From Ophelia neglecta (taxonomy: Eukaryota): 64,000 nucleotides of DNA. Position 1 is the stretch's first letter. The number at the start of each line of letters is the position of its first letter. A program made the position numbers and the translations under genes. Positions 28,143 through 38,900 of this stretch are shown piece after piece. The notes beneath the pieces are model-generated. The model did no database searches. It saw only the letters and a program-made list of their open reading frames with translations, and had not been told where the DNA came from. The DNA is taken from positions 67,828,001 through 67,892,000 of the forward strand of contig OZ260666.1 of assembly GCA_965285935.1 (NCBI GenBank), in the 5' to 3' direction.

Positions 28143-29616
28143 ATGGCGACAGCACAGTCAGACGCTCCTGCGGCAGTTGACAAAAACTTACGTGAAATAC
28201 CAGGACTAAACCCTTCACTGAACAATATTCTGTGTGGCCTCGATAGTAAAGGGTTTTCGGAGGTGGTGGAGGATATTTCGCAAGACGTGGAATTAGGAAT
28301 TTTAGCAGATAATAGGTTGATTCTGTCTGAGGTGGCTTTGAACCAATACAGCACGCTATGTGAGGCCGAAAACATCGTCTTTGACGGTAAGCTATATAAA
28401 CTGAAAGACAGAAGGACTGATAGAGCTTTGGCCGAAGATTTGGTAAATTTATATCTTTATATCATGGGATTTAAAGAATTTTTCCCAAAGGATTTGCTTA
28501 AGGATACCAAAAAAATTCCCTAATGTTTTACCAAAGAAACAGGGAAATGGGGCCAAAACCAAGACAGGCATTAAAGATTACACAATTAGCATGGCTGACG
28601 TTTTCCAATACATAACAGATAGTAAGAAGAGAGAACAACAACAAATGGATTTGGTAACATCGGTTAGGATAGAATTAAAGCAGGACATTGAGGCATTGAC
28701 GAATAAAGTCAAAAAGTTAGAGGAAGAAAATGCTTCCCTAAGAAATATTATCGCCGATTTGACCACAGCCCAGCCAGTTGGTAGTACAACAGTAAAAACA
28801 GATGAGAGCAACGCCAACCACTTATGTACAGCTCCCAGCAGGCGCGTTAACGAGGCGGAAAATGACACCAGTGAGAACAGCTCCCTGAAAGCAATACCCG
28901 GGCCAGGTGACAACAGTGGCCGCTGCCAGCTGATTGAGGGCACGAACCCAGAGAAAACCAATCAGCTGATTCAGGGCATGACCCCGGAGAAAACAAATGA
29001 ATACGCACGCGAGGACTTCCCGCCCCTAAGTCTAACACCAGGGCAAAGATCGCCACTGGAACGAGAGGACGACGGCTCTTGGGAGACGCAAATGAGTCGT
29101 CGAACAATAAGGAACCAAAGGGCCCAGGTAAACCATCGAAGTCAAACTGTTCAGCGATCACCCGGCCATCAAAGTGGCACAAACCAGAAAGCCCTGCAGG
29201 GCCGCAAGTGGATGGCCGGTGAAACCCTCTACTTGAGAAATATAGCCGTTGATTACGATGAGCCGGACACCTCAGTAGTGCGGGAGATACGCGGTTATGC
29301 TCGGGACAAAGGCCTCCCCATAATGTCATGTAGAATTATCCACAATAGATATAACGACACTGTCGTTGGGTGCAAGATTTTCATCCCAAAAAACGAAGCG
29401 AACAAGGCAATGGAGCCAGCCTTTTGGCCAAGCGACATTACTTGCCGTAGATGGGAGTCCCGCAACAACAACAGCACTTGATCACGAGGTACGGAAAACG
29501 TCTACTCCGAGAGCGCAAGAGGTGAATACAACGACACAGGGTACCGACAGAACCAATGGAGGTACGAAGAGGATTATAAACAATATACTGACCATCAATA
29601 TGACAATTTTTGGTAA
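28143..29616 (+). pseudogene. Tx1-like ORF1 (coiled-coil nucleic-acid chaperone), interrupted by a frameshift and an in-frame stop
   Basis: ATG at 28143. Frame change at the A7 run near 28509-28515 joins 28143-28523 to the 28591 frame. Heptad coiled coil IELKQDIEALTNKVKKLEEENASLRNII and C-terminal FWPSDITCRRW motif. TGA at 29479-81 is followed by 44 more open codons to TAA at 29616. Confidence 0.75.
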
Positions 29617-29703
29617 AACTGAAAACAATCGGTTAGTAGGTATTCGGACCATCAATATGACAATTTTTGGTAAAACTGAAAACAATCGGTTAGTAGGTAT
29701 TCG
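29590..29703 (+). repeat. 57-bp perfect tandem duplication at the ORF1 end / inter-ORF spacer
   Basis: gaccatcaatatgacaatttttggtaaaactgaaaacaatcggttagtaggtattcg occurs twice in tandem. Confidence 0.9.
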
Positions 29704-29795
29704 GAGTAAGTGCCCCAAGAAGAGCCAGGTGTGTCCTATACTGTGGTATAATAGGTTTTGCTGTAAATCGGGATCTGTCCAACAAGCTGTAAAAA

Positions 29796-32700
29796 ATGGG
29801 GAAACTTAAAATAGCTAGCATGAATGTCAGAGGGTTAGGGGATAAACTAAAGAGACGAGATATGTTTGAATACTTGAGGTCGAAAAGCTGCTCGATATAT
29901 TGCTTACAGGATGTTCATTGTTCGGCAAAAAATGAAAATGTGTTTGAATGTGAATGGGGTTATAAAGTTTTATTTAGTTCGAACAGATCGAATAGCAGAG
30001 GTGTGTGTATTATATTCAATACAGACTTTGAGCATAAAATATATGGGATCAAAAAAGACAATTTGGGAAACATGATTGCTATTGACATCCAGATTGAAGA
30101 TACAAGGTTAACACTTGTAAATATTTACGGCCCAAACAACGACGATCCAAATTTCTATAGGCGATTGGGAGAAACTATAGAACACTTTGAAAATTCTAGC
30201 GTATTAATATGCGGCGACTGGAATTTAGTATTAAACCAATCGCTAGATACAATGAATTATAAGCATGAAAACAACATTAATGCCAAAAGGGTTGTATTAG
30301 ACATGTGTGATACCTATGAGCTAGCCGACCCATGGCGGGTTCGAAACCCAAATAAGCGTGCTTTTACCTGGAGACAGAAAACTCCGTACAAAGCCGCCAG
30401 ATTAGACTTTTTCTTGGTGACAGAGGACATTCTAAATATATCAGATAGTGTAGAGTTTCTCCCTGCTCACCGCACAGACCATTCTCTTATAGTCTTGAAG
30501 ATTAAAACAAGTGAGCAGGAACGCGGTAAGGGGCTCTGGAAACTTAATACATCCCTGCTTGGCGACCCATTGTACGTCACAGGGGTCAAAAACCTTATAA
30601 ATCGCACTATTAGACAATATGTAAGGGATGAAAAAGTTCCCACGCTGCAAGACGCGAAACTTAGCATATCGGAACAGCTTTTTTGGGATACCTTAAAATC
30701 AGAAATAAGAGGTTTTACAATACCTTACGCGGCGGCCAAGAAGAGGGCCATTAATTCAGAAGAAACCAACTTACTGAAAGAAGTGTCGATTTTAGAAAAT
30801 GTTATAAGTAAATACCATGATTGTACCAATTTGGATAACAGTATATACTCGACCGAAAATTTAATACTCTCATTAGAAGAAAAGAAGGCCAGCCTTGAAA
30901 TTATACGAACGGCAAGGGTAAAGGGGATTATGCTAAGGGCAAAAGCTAGGTGGATTGAAGATGGGGAAAAATCGTCAAAATACTTCTGTAGCCTTGAAAA
31001 GAGGAATTATGTGTCAAAGCTTATAAATAAGCTAGATGATAACGGAAAAATAATTACAAACCAAAACGACATTTTGGAAATACAAAAGAAATTCTACGAG
31101 AACCTTTATACTAGCAAGCAGAAGACTCCCAAATATATCGATTTCTTCCTAAATGATACTAATGTTACAAAAATAGAAAGAGAACAATCAAACAGCTGCG
31201 AGGGGCCAATAACGGAAATCGAAGTTAAAATGGCCTTAAATAATATGTCTAACGGGAAGAGTCCGGGGTCGGATGGTTTTCCGGCTGAATTTTATAAATT
31301 TTTCTGGCCAGATCTTGGGAAATTCGTGGTGAGAGTTTTAAACGAAGGTTACGAGAAGGGAGAGCTGTCAATAAACCAGAGGCAAGGTATCATAACTTGT
31401 CTGCCCAAAGGGCAAAAACCAAGGGAGTTTCTCAAAAACTGGAGGCCAATTTCGCTCCTAAACACAGACTATAAACTCTTGGCTGCAGTATTGGCTAACA
31501 GGTTGAAACCAGTCTTGAGTGATATCATTGGTAACAATCAAAAAGGGTTTTTGAAGAAGAGATTTATTGCTGAGAACACTCGACTTGTTTATGACCTTAT
31601 AGAACACTTCAAAGATACGAAGCGCTCGGGATTAATAATGTTGGCGGATTTCGAAAAAGCCTTCGATTCTATCGAATGGGATTACATCAAGATGGTACTA
31701 TCTAGCTATGGGTTTGGACCTAGTTTTATAAAGTGGTTCAGGGTTCTGTATAAAAACTCATGCAGTTGTGTGATAAACAACGGTCATTTTTCTCAGTTTT
31801 TTAATTTAGAAAGGGGTTGTAGGCAAGGTGATCCCCTGTCCCCCTACATTTTCATACTAGCAATAGAACCATTGGCAAAGGCAATTTTGAATGACTCGAA
31901 AGTTAAGGGTATTAAAATTGGGGATTACGAATTCAAACTTGGCCAATACGCTGATGATACCTTTACCCTACTAGACGGGTCCCCCGCTTCCCTGAGGGCA
32001 CTTATGTCTATCTTTTTTAAATTCGAAAAGGTGTCCGGGTTAAAGGCAAACACAGACAAAACTGAGGCAGCATGGTTCGGGCACAACTCGCATTTAAGAA
32101 AACCAATATGTTGTGAAATCAAACTTAGGTGGGTGACTCAGTTTAAATTGCTTGGAATAATTTTTACTGCTAGCCTAGAAAACATGGAGGAGTTAAACTT
32201 TAGGGAAAAAATCAGTGAAATTATAAAAATAATCAAACTGTACGAAAAACGCAGTCTTAGCTTGATGGGAAGAGTATGTGTACTGAAAACTCTGGTTATT
32301 CCAAAGCTCATAAATGTACTGTCTGTACTACCGACACCGTCAAAAAGTATTGTAGATGAATTGAATAATATTTTGAACTTGTTCGTATGGAGTAATGGCA
32401 GGCCAAAAATTAATAAGTCGGTGATGGCTAAGTCATACGAACACGGTGGTATAAAACTGACCAAACTAGATGTGCTAATGCAGGCTCTCAAGCTTGCTTG
32501 GGTTAAAAGGTATCTGGAGTCGGATGGAGATTGGCAGGTTCTGTTAAAACACGTGGTCCAGTTTATGAACCTCGGTAATATCTGGTATCTTGATGTGAAA
32601 AGCCTGAGCAAAATTGAAGGTCAGGTTAGTAGTCGGTTCTGGCGAGAGACAATAACGGCGTGGATAGCTTTTTTGAAAACTCAGAATGTTACTTATGCTG

Positions 32701-33608
32701 ACATATGTAAGAGGCCAATATGGCTACTGAATCTGAAACATAATAACCTTCAGAAGATTGCTCCTAGGCTAATAAAATTAGGATGTTTGTCACTAGAAGA
32801 TTTGTTTGATAAAGACACTAAGCGGTTGTTAAACTATCCTCAGTTTTGTCTTACGTATAGCAAGGTAAACTACCTAGACTACGCAAGCCTCTTAGCGTCG
32901 GTGCCGCCTGATTGGATCCGCCGGGTAGAACTCGGACCATTCGATACAGAATTGTCAGGCATAAATACTTTATTATCTTGCAAAAAGGCTTGTAGCACAG
33001 TATATAATATTTTGGTACATGCTACAGAAAGTGTTGTTAGAAGCAAAACTAAGTGGTGCTCCGTTCTCCAAGATTGTATTCCGGAGTCGGACTGGAAAAA
33101 ATATTTTAAAATACATATGCAGTGTACTATGGATGCGAAATTGAGGAGTTTCCAATACAAAGTGTTACATAGGATACTGCCAACAAATAGGTGGCTAGTA
33201 AAGTGTAAACTAAAGATATCAGCTTTGTGTGATTTATGTGGTATCAGTGAAGAAACGATAGAGCATATTTTCTGTGAATGCCCGGTTGCAAAGAAAATTT
33301 GGTCACAGGTTATTGAATGGTTGAACTTTGACTCAAATTGTGAGGGAAAAGAAGTTAAGAAAAATATATGTCTGGGATCTCTGGACACCACAATAAGCGC
33401 CGATTGTATTAATCTGATTACCCTGTTAGTCAAAAGATTTATTTACATTAGGAAATGTATGGAGAAAAAGCCAACTTTCAAAGAGTTGCAACTATATATA
33501 AAAAGTACGTACGAAGCTGAAATGCTTATTGGCAACGGTAATGGCAGCACCAAGGAGAGAATAGAGAAAAAGTGGGAACCTGTCAAAACTAAAATAGAGA
33601 GAGTATAA
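29796..33608 (+). CDS. LINE ORF2p: APE endonuclease + reverse transcriptase + CCHC zinc finger (Tx1/L1 clade)
   Basis: SMNVRGL, GDWN, RLDFF and TDH (APE); KSPGSDG, NWRPISLLN, DFEKAFDS, GCRQGDPLSP and YADD (RT); CDLC-x8-H-x4-C finger. 1270 aa uninterrupted. Confidence 0.95.
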   Translation: MGKLKIASMNVRGLGDKLKRRDMFEYLRSKSCSIYCLQDVHCSAKNENVFECEWGYKVLFSSNRSNSRGVCIIFNTDFEHKIYGIKKDNLGNMIAIDIQIEDTRLTLVNIYGPNNDDPNFYRRLGETIEHFENSSVLICGDWNLVLNQSLDTMNYKHENNINAKRVVLDMCDTYELADPWRVRNPNKRAFTWRQKTPYKAARLDFFLVTEDILNISDSVEFLPAHRTDHSLIVLKIKTSEQERGKGLWKLNTSLLGDPLYVTGVKNLINRTIRQYVRDEKVPTLQDAKLSISEQLFWDTLKSEIRGFTIPYAAAKKRAINSEETNLLKEVSILENVISKYHDCTNLDNSIYSTENLILSLEEKKASLEIIRTARVKGIMLRAKARWIEDGEKSSKYFCSLEKRNYVSKLINKLDDNGKIITNQNDILEIQKKFYENLYTSKQKTPKYIDFFLNDTNVTKIEREQSNSCEGPITEIEVKMALNNMSNGKSPGSDGFPAEFYKFFWPDLGKFVVRVLNEGYEKGELSINQRQGIITCLPKGQKPREFLKNWRPISLLNTDYKLLAAVLANRLKPVLSDIIGNNQKGFLKKRFIAENTRLVYDLIEHFKDTKRSGLIMLADFEKAFDSIEWDYIKMVLSSYGFGPSFIKWFRVLYKNSCSCVINNGHFSQFFNLERGCRQGDPLSPYIFILAIEPLAKAILNDSKVKGIKIGDYEFKLGQYADDTFTLLDGSPASLRALMSIFFKFEKVSGLKANTDKTEAAWFGHNSHLRKPICCEIKLRWVTQFKLLGIIFTASLENMEELNFREKISEIIKIIKLYEKRSLSLMGRVCVLKTLVIPKLINVLSVLPTPSKSIVDELNNILNLFVWSNGRPKINKSVMAKSYEHGGIKLTKLDVLMQALKLAWVKRYLESDGDWQVLLKHVVQFMNLGNIWYLDVKSLSKIEGQVSSRFWRETITAWIAFLKTQNVTYADICKRPIWLLNLKHNNLQKIAPRLIKLGCLSLEDLFDKDTKRLLNYPQFCLTYSKVNYLDYASLLASVPPDWIRRVELGPFDTELSGINTLLSCKKACSTVYNILVHATESVVRSKTKWCSVLQDCIPESDWKKYFKIHMQCTMDAKLRSFQYKVLHRILPTNRWLVKCKLKISALCDLCGISEETIEHIFCECPVAKKIWSQVIEWLNFDSNCEGKEVKKNICLGSLDTTISADCINLITLLVKRFIYIRKCMEKKPTFKELQLYIKSTYEAEMLIGNGNGSTKERIEKKWEPVKTKIERV

Positions 33609-33816
33609 TATATGTATAAAAAAGGGATCTAGGCCCACACAAGTACTAGTAGTCAGTCAACTCTGAAGAAAATATTCGCTTTGTATTTATTTATTCTCTA
33701 TATACACACATGTCACATGTCATTTTTGAAAGCAATAAGGCCAATATAGTGACTGTATAGGGTCGCATTGGCTGCAATAGAGCGTTGTATTCATGTATTT
33801 ACTTGAATAAATATTA

Positions 33817-33871
<55 letters not shown>

Positions 33872-34440
33872 TATTGTCTGCAATGAATGACAATCTAAAA
33901 TGCTAGTTAATTATTGAATTCAGCACATGCTCCTGGTCACACCTCTTCGATCTCCGGCTTCCCGGGTAAGCTTGCGGTAGGTTCTGTTCGATATGGGTAT
34001 TCGTTGCTAACACACTTATGGCTCTACAAGTATGTTGCTAGGAGTTGTTATATATGTGAATCGAATGATTACACCTACTAAGAAGACGAATATTTCATTA
34101 AAAGAAAGTTTCTTTGGCATACAAATGTAATAAATGTATAAATTGATTTTTGGGGACGTCTGTTATTATCCATTTATACCAAGCCCTTAGCAATTGAAAG
34201 TTCTATGTCATCAACACAAGCATGGGATAAGCAGCAAATGGATTGTATGTGTTCAACACTATCCTAACTTGTGTTCATATTGTGAACCTAAAACAACACA
34301 TTTCTTAAAAGCGAAAACAATGTGTTCAAACTGTTCTTGATATATTAAAACTGTGTCTTTCATTGACGAAAAACAGGACATTTTTTTTATAGTACAATTC
34401 CCATGGTTTCTACTCAGCCTGTGGAGTACGCGCTCCTAAC

Positions 34441-34472
<32 letters not shown>

Positions 34473-34870
34473 TTTATTTCTTATAAAGCGCACATATCCA
34501 GTAAAAACAACTGCTCAAGGCGCTGTACAATATAAAGAAATGGCACAATAGGTTAAGGTGTACATTTATCACAATGCAAAGATCAATTGGCACAATAAGG
34601 TAATTTTTTAAGTATTTAATACACCATTAAAATCAAAGTTGCCAATATATTAAGACTTTGATAAAAAATTAAAAAGAAACAAAAAATCAATCAAAAGCTA
34701 ATCTAAAATAATGGGTTTTAAGTTTGATTTTAAAAGAGTTTACTGTGGAAGCTGCTTTTGTTTCCTCTGGAAGGGCATTCCACAGAACCGGTGCGACATG
34801 TGAGAACCGTCTCTCACCATATAAGCATGTACGCACCTTTGGTACAACCAACAAGTTTTTATTTTTCGAG
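34441..34870 (-). mobile_element. 5'-truncated L2-clade LINE 3' end with (TTA)n tail
   Basis: Minus strand encodes LLVVPKVRTCLYGERRFSHVAPVLWNALPEETKAASTVNSFKIKLKTHYFRLAFD, a typical L2 ORF2 C-terminus. It is followed by an agcgccttgag...gcgct tail motif and (aat)n at 34441-34472. Confidence 0.85.
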
Positions 34871-35462
34871 TCTAATAGATAGTATTGATTGATTGATTGA
34901 TTTTTATTTAGTCCAGGTACAGAACATTAAACAAAGCAGCTGTCTTCTTAAATAATACACAATAGCGGTCACCGACACTGTACAGAGACAAGGGTAACAA
35001 CAAAAGCCTCCATCACAGTGATGGAAACTTATTTCCATGTTGGCCCTTTAGACTCATGAAAAGACCACCGTCCGTTCAAAGACATTGATTGCAGTGTCAT
35101 CATAAAGCATCGATACCTAGCGTATCATTCTGGGCATTAAATGGCCTTTGTTCTATCCTGTGTGAGGGCTAGAGCTGGATACAAAACCCTATAATGATTA
35201 TATTAAGTTGCCGTGACAAAAGCAGTCATGTTTTATAAATATTGCTATTTTTCTATTGATTTCTAACTGCTGGATTCTACCAGTACATCTGTTAAAGTGA
35301 TGTCAACGCTATATATGCTAAAAATCAACCGAATTCGATTCTTTCTGCTACATCGATAAAACACAAAAAACTAAATAGGTGACAAGTGCGTACAGTTGTG
35401 CGTTTTATCATGTAGCCTTTACGAGCGGATACAAAGATTAACCTATTTTAGTAAACCACCAG

Positions 35463-35699
35463 GGCCCGGTTTCTGGAAGCGGTCTTAACTCTAAACTCGG
35501 ATTAAAGTCAGGATTAAAGTGCTTAATCGGTCCTAACTCACTAATCAAGGTTTCTGGAAGCTGTATTAGGTCTTAAACCTAGACGTTTTGGTCCTAAACT
35601 TAATCCTGGTCAGTGGAAACACTGCTTAACATGGCCTCAGCTAATCGGTCTTAGGCTAATCTAATCCCAAAACGTAAGACCCCTTCCAGAAACAGGCCC
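35463..35699. mobile_element. PIF/Harbinger-like MITE
   Basis: TIRs GGCCCGGTTTCTGGAAG..GTCTTA and TAAGAC..CTTCCAGAAACAGGCCC, flanked by a CAG direct repeat. Related fragments at about 20400-20530, 55175-55260 and possibly 61320-61400. Confidence 0.7.
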
Positions 35700-35947
35700 C
35701 AGTGTGTTAATTATTACTATTACGTGGCGATGAATCCTTCCAGTCGATTCAGATACCAGATCGGTAAACAAATGTTTAAAGTATCCTGGTACTTTTGATC
35801 AGCAGACATGTCTGAGTACAAACGATCATGTTGGCTGCAGCCGGTGCACGATGCAGTAATCATGGTAGTTTCGGATGACACAATACATCCTTTCTGTTCT
35901 AAATCAGCGACAGCCACAACACATAGGCACTTTATTACAATGCATCA

Positions 35948-38900
35948 TCATCGACGTGCATGTTTCGCAGAAATGCGTCTAATCGTTGTTGAATGCCCTC
36001 GCCTTACTGTATTTCCTACGTGCCTAGTTATGTCCAGTATCAATATAAGTGTTATCACCAAAGTCAGGAATACGATCCCGATCGTCCCTACCGCTACCGC
36101 AGTCGGTCGTCTGTCAGCCGCCGTTAAGTGGAACTTAAACCAGGTGCTCTTCTCGTCAGATGTGTCTTCTACAAAGCAAATATTTCTTGAATAATAGTAA
36201 GGAACCATATAAAGCTAAACATATTTTAATCAAAATACAACTGGATAGATAAAACTGAGGTTCGGTTTTTGCGTTTCTGCCTCTGGCGGTCGACTTTTCA
36301 TTGTACAAAATATTCTTGATTAACGAATTGGACTTCTGGTTATGGAAGTCCATGGCTACCATCAACTTTTTGTCGATTAAACCCCCCCCCCCCCCCCAAA
36401 AAAAAAAAAAAAAAAATCTCGCGAGAGTAAGCAGGTGCTAAACAATAACTAAGCATCAATGAATTCTTGTCGTTTTACAGTGTGGATGCATACCCTTTTT
36501 TGAGTTTTCCGCTTTACACACCACTTCGCAGAACTGATAGCCGTTCTTTCGATCGCAATGTTGGTTTATTTGTAGACAATATCGGACTTTAGACCTGGAC
36601 TGAACCCCAACGCCACACGAGGAAGAGCACTCGCCCCAGGAAGTCCACTCGTCCCACTCCGACTGACAGGGCATCTGGTTACATGGCTGGTCCTCTCGCA
36701 TATATCCTTACAAAATGGTTTGTGGAGTAGTTATTAATTAGGTATCAGGGGTATTGATACTAAAAACACAAGCGTACACATAAAGAAACAAGTATTAAGC
36801 CAGATAATATTAATCCTGTAAAACATTTTAAAAGTAAATAAATCCCACCTATGCGGTTCAGCCCAAGCTGGCTTAAGTGAGTGTAGTTAAACTGGTCATT
36901 ACATCCGTTTATTATCTCGCAAACTTTAACCCTTCGCCGCCAACCGCCGTTACATTTCTCACTACAATTACTCCAAGCACCCCACCGACACCAGGACAAA
37001 TCTGAAAAAGTTTGAAGCAGAAATTCAGCAATGTTCCTAACAAAACCTAAAAAACCTGATCAGTTGCTGCTGCTTGATTTTATTCTATTTGTATCGTATA
37101 TGAATAAAATGTGTACAGTATATATTGTAAATACCAACCTTCATTATAAGCCGCGCCACTTCCCTGAACTATCGTATAGACTGAACTACAGTTTCCCTCA
37201 GGAAATGTTGTTTGATGTGTTGGTGTATCTCTTAATGTAGATCCAGATATTGATGTATTACCTAAAGTTGTTTCATATAAATGTGGTTCCCATGTTGTAG
37301 TTTCCTCTTGAGTGCTTTCTTGTAAAGATGTATTAGGTAGCGTGGTATCTGGTATCGTTGTTCCGGCTAATGAAGTTTGCGGTAACGGAACTGTCGTTTT
37401 CGGTACAGTAGTTTCTGGTAATGTAGTTTCTGGTAAAGTTGTTTCCGGTAATGTAGTTTCCGGTAATGTAGTTTCCGGTAATGTAGTTTCCGGTAATGTT
37501 GTTTCGGGTAATGTAGTTTCCGGTAATGTTGTTTCGGGTAGCGTTGTTTCCAGTAATGTAGTGTCTGATAAAGTTGTTTCCGGCAATGTAGTTACTGGTA
37601 AAGTGGTTTGGGGTAAGGTGGTGTCAGGAATAGTAGTATCTGCTTCAGTTGTTGCCCCAGCGGTCGTTGCACATGTTGGAACAAACCCTGTAATATTCAT
37701 ATTTATTTTTTTTATTTTTTTGAAGCATCATACTAATTAAACACATTCAACAAAAGCAATGGTTCTCCTAAACATTTCTCTATAATAATTCCCGCACGAA
37801 TCTATTGCTCGTTTAGTCTATTCATTCTTTCACAAGATAATTGTCTTTACCTTAAAGTCTTAAAGATGTTATATAGCGATTTTTAACAATTTGATTTATA
37901 ATTAATTGTGATTAAATAGGTCAATCTAGGGGGCCGTCTTACCCGACAAACTATATAATATTAAAGCGTGTGCTATTGTGTGAATCGTCTGTGTTAATCT
38001 ACCTGATTGGGCAAAAATAACTGCTATACAGAGAGCTCAAGGTTTTCTGATATTAGTGGGTCACTACCTGCTCCAGTCGGCTTCTGTAATTGGATGTATA
38101 GACCTAGGTTTTTATTATTTATTAATGGGTTATTGTAGTTTACTTGCTTGTGCCATATTTGCAGAGGTAGGGGTATGCTGCAGAGGCACAGTTTCCTCGT
38201 TTCCATTTCTTAGTAGAGCCAGAATAATATGCACAATTCCCTGTACCAGGGTTGGAATCCCAGTTGGTCCAGCATCCATAATCTTCCCCGTCCTTCCATT
38301 TCCATTCACCTGATATGAACTCGAGACCTATCCATGCACTTAAAAAAACACCATAAACATCCATCGCACCCTGCATTGAACCATTTGCATAACTCGCTAC
38401 TGTAAGACATGCATATGCTATTCTACCGTATATTCATAACTTATAACACATGAATTGGTGTACTCAATTGGTGTATCTCTCAACTATGATAACTTTAAAC
38501 GAATATTCATATTGGATCCATTACAGCATTAGTAATGGTTATAATTATTGTATAGTTAACGTATGCCAGCGACAATACATATTTATAAATCTAAAACTAG
38601 ATACTTTGTGTTAAGGAATGAATTGCTGACTAAGAAGTCATGTTCTTCTTGGCTCAGGACGCTGGCCAGAAGGGCACCAGCTCCTGCATAAATAGAACAT
38701 CGGCTTCCTGACACAGCGGCCCAGAAAAAAGACCCAGTGCTCACTCGGAAACACTGTCCGTTTGCTTGACATTCTGACGACCCAGCCAACCCTCGAAAGA
38801 TACAAACATAATAATTACCTAATCATTTAGATGAAATGATGATTCGCTTCATTCCATACACAACTCTTTCGAATCGAGTAAGTACTTGTCTTACAAATAA

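Larger units (their letters stand above)
28132..33865 (+). mobile_element. Full-length Tx1/L1-clade non-LTR retrotransposon, recent insertion
   Basis: 15-bp TSD AATATATATTGTCTG at 28117-28131 and 33866-33880; AATAAA at 33806; pure poly-A of about 49 nt; ORF1 region plus intact ORF2. Confidence 0.95.
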
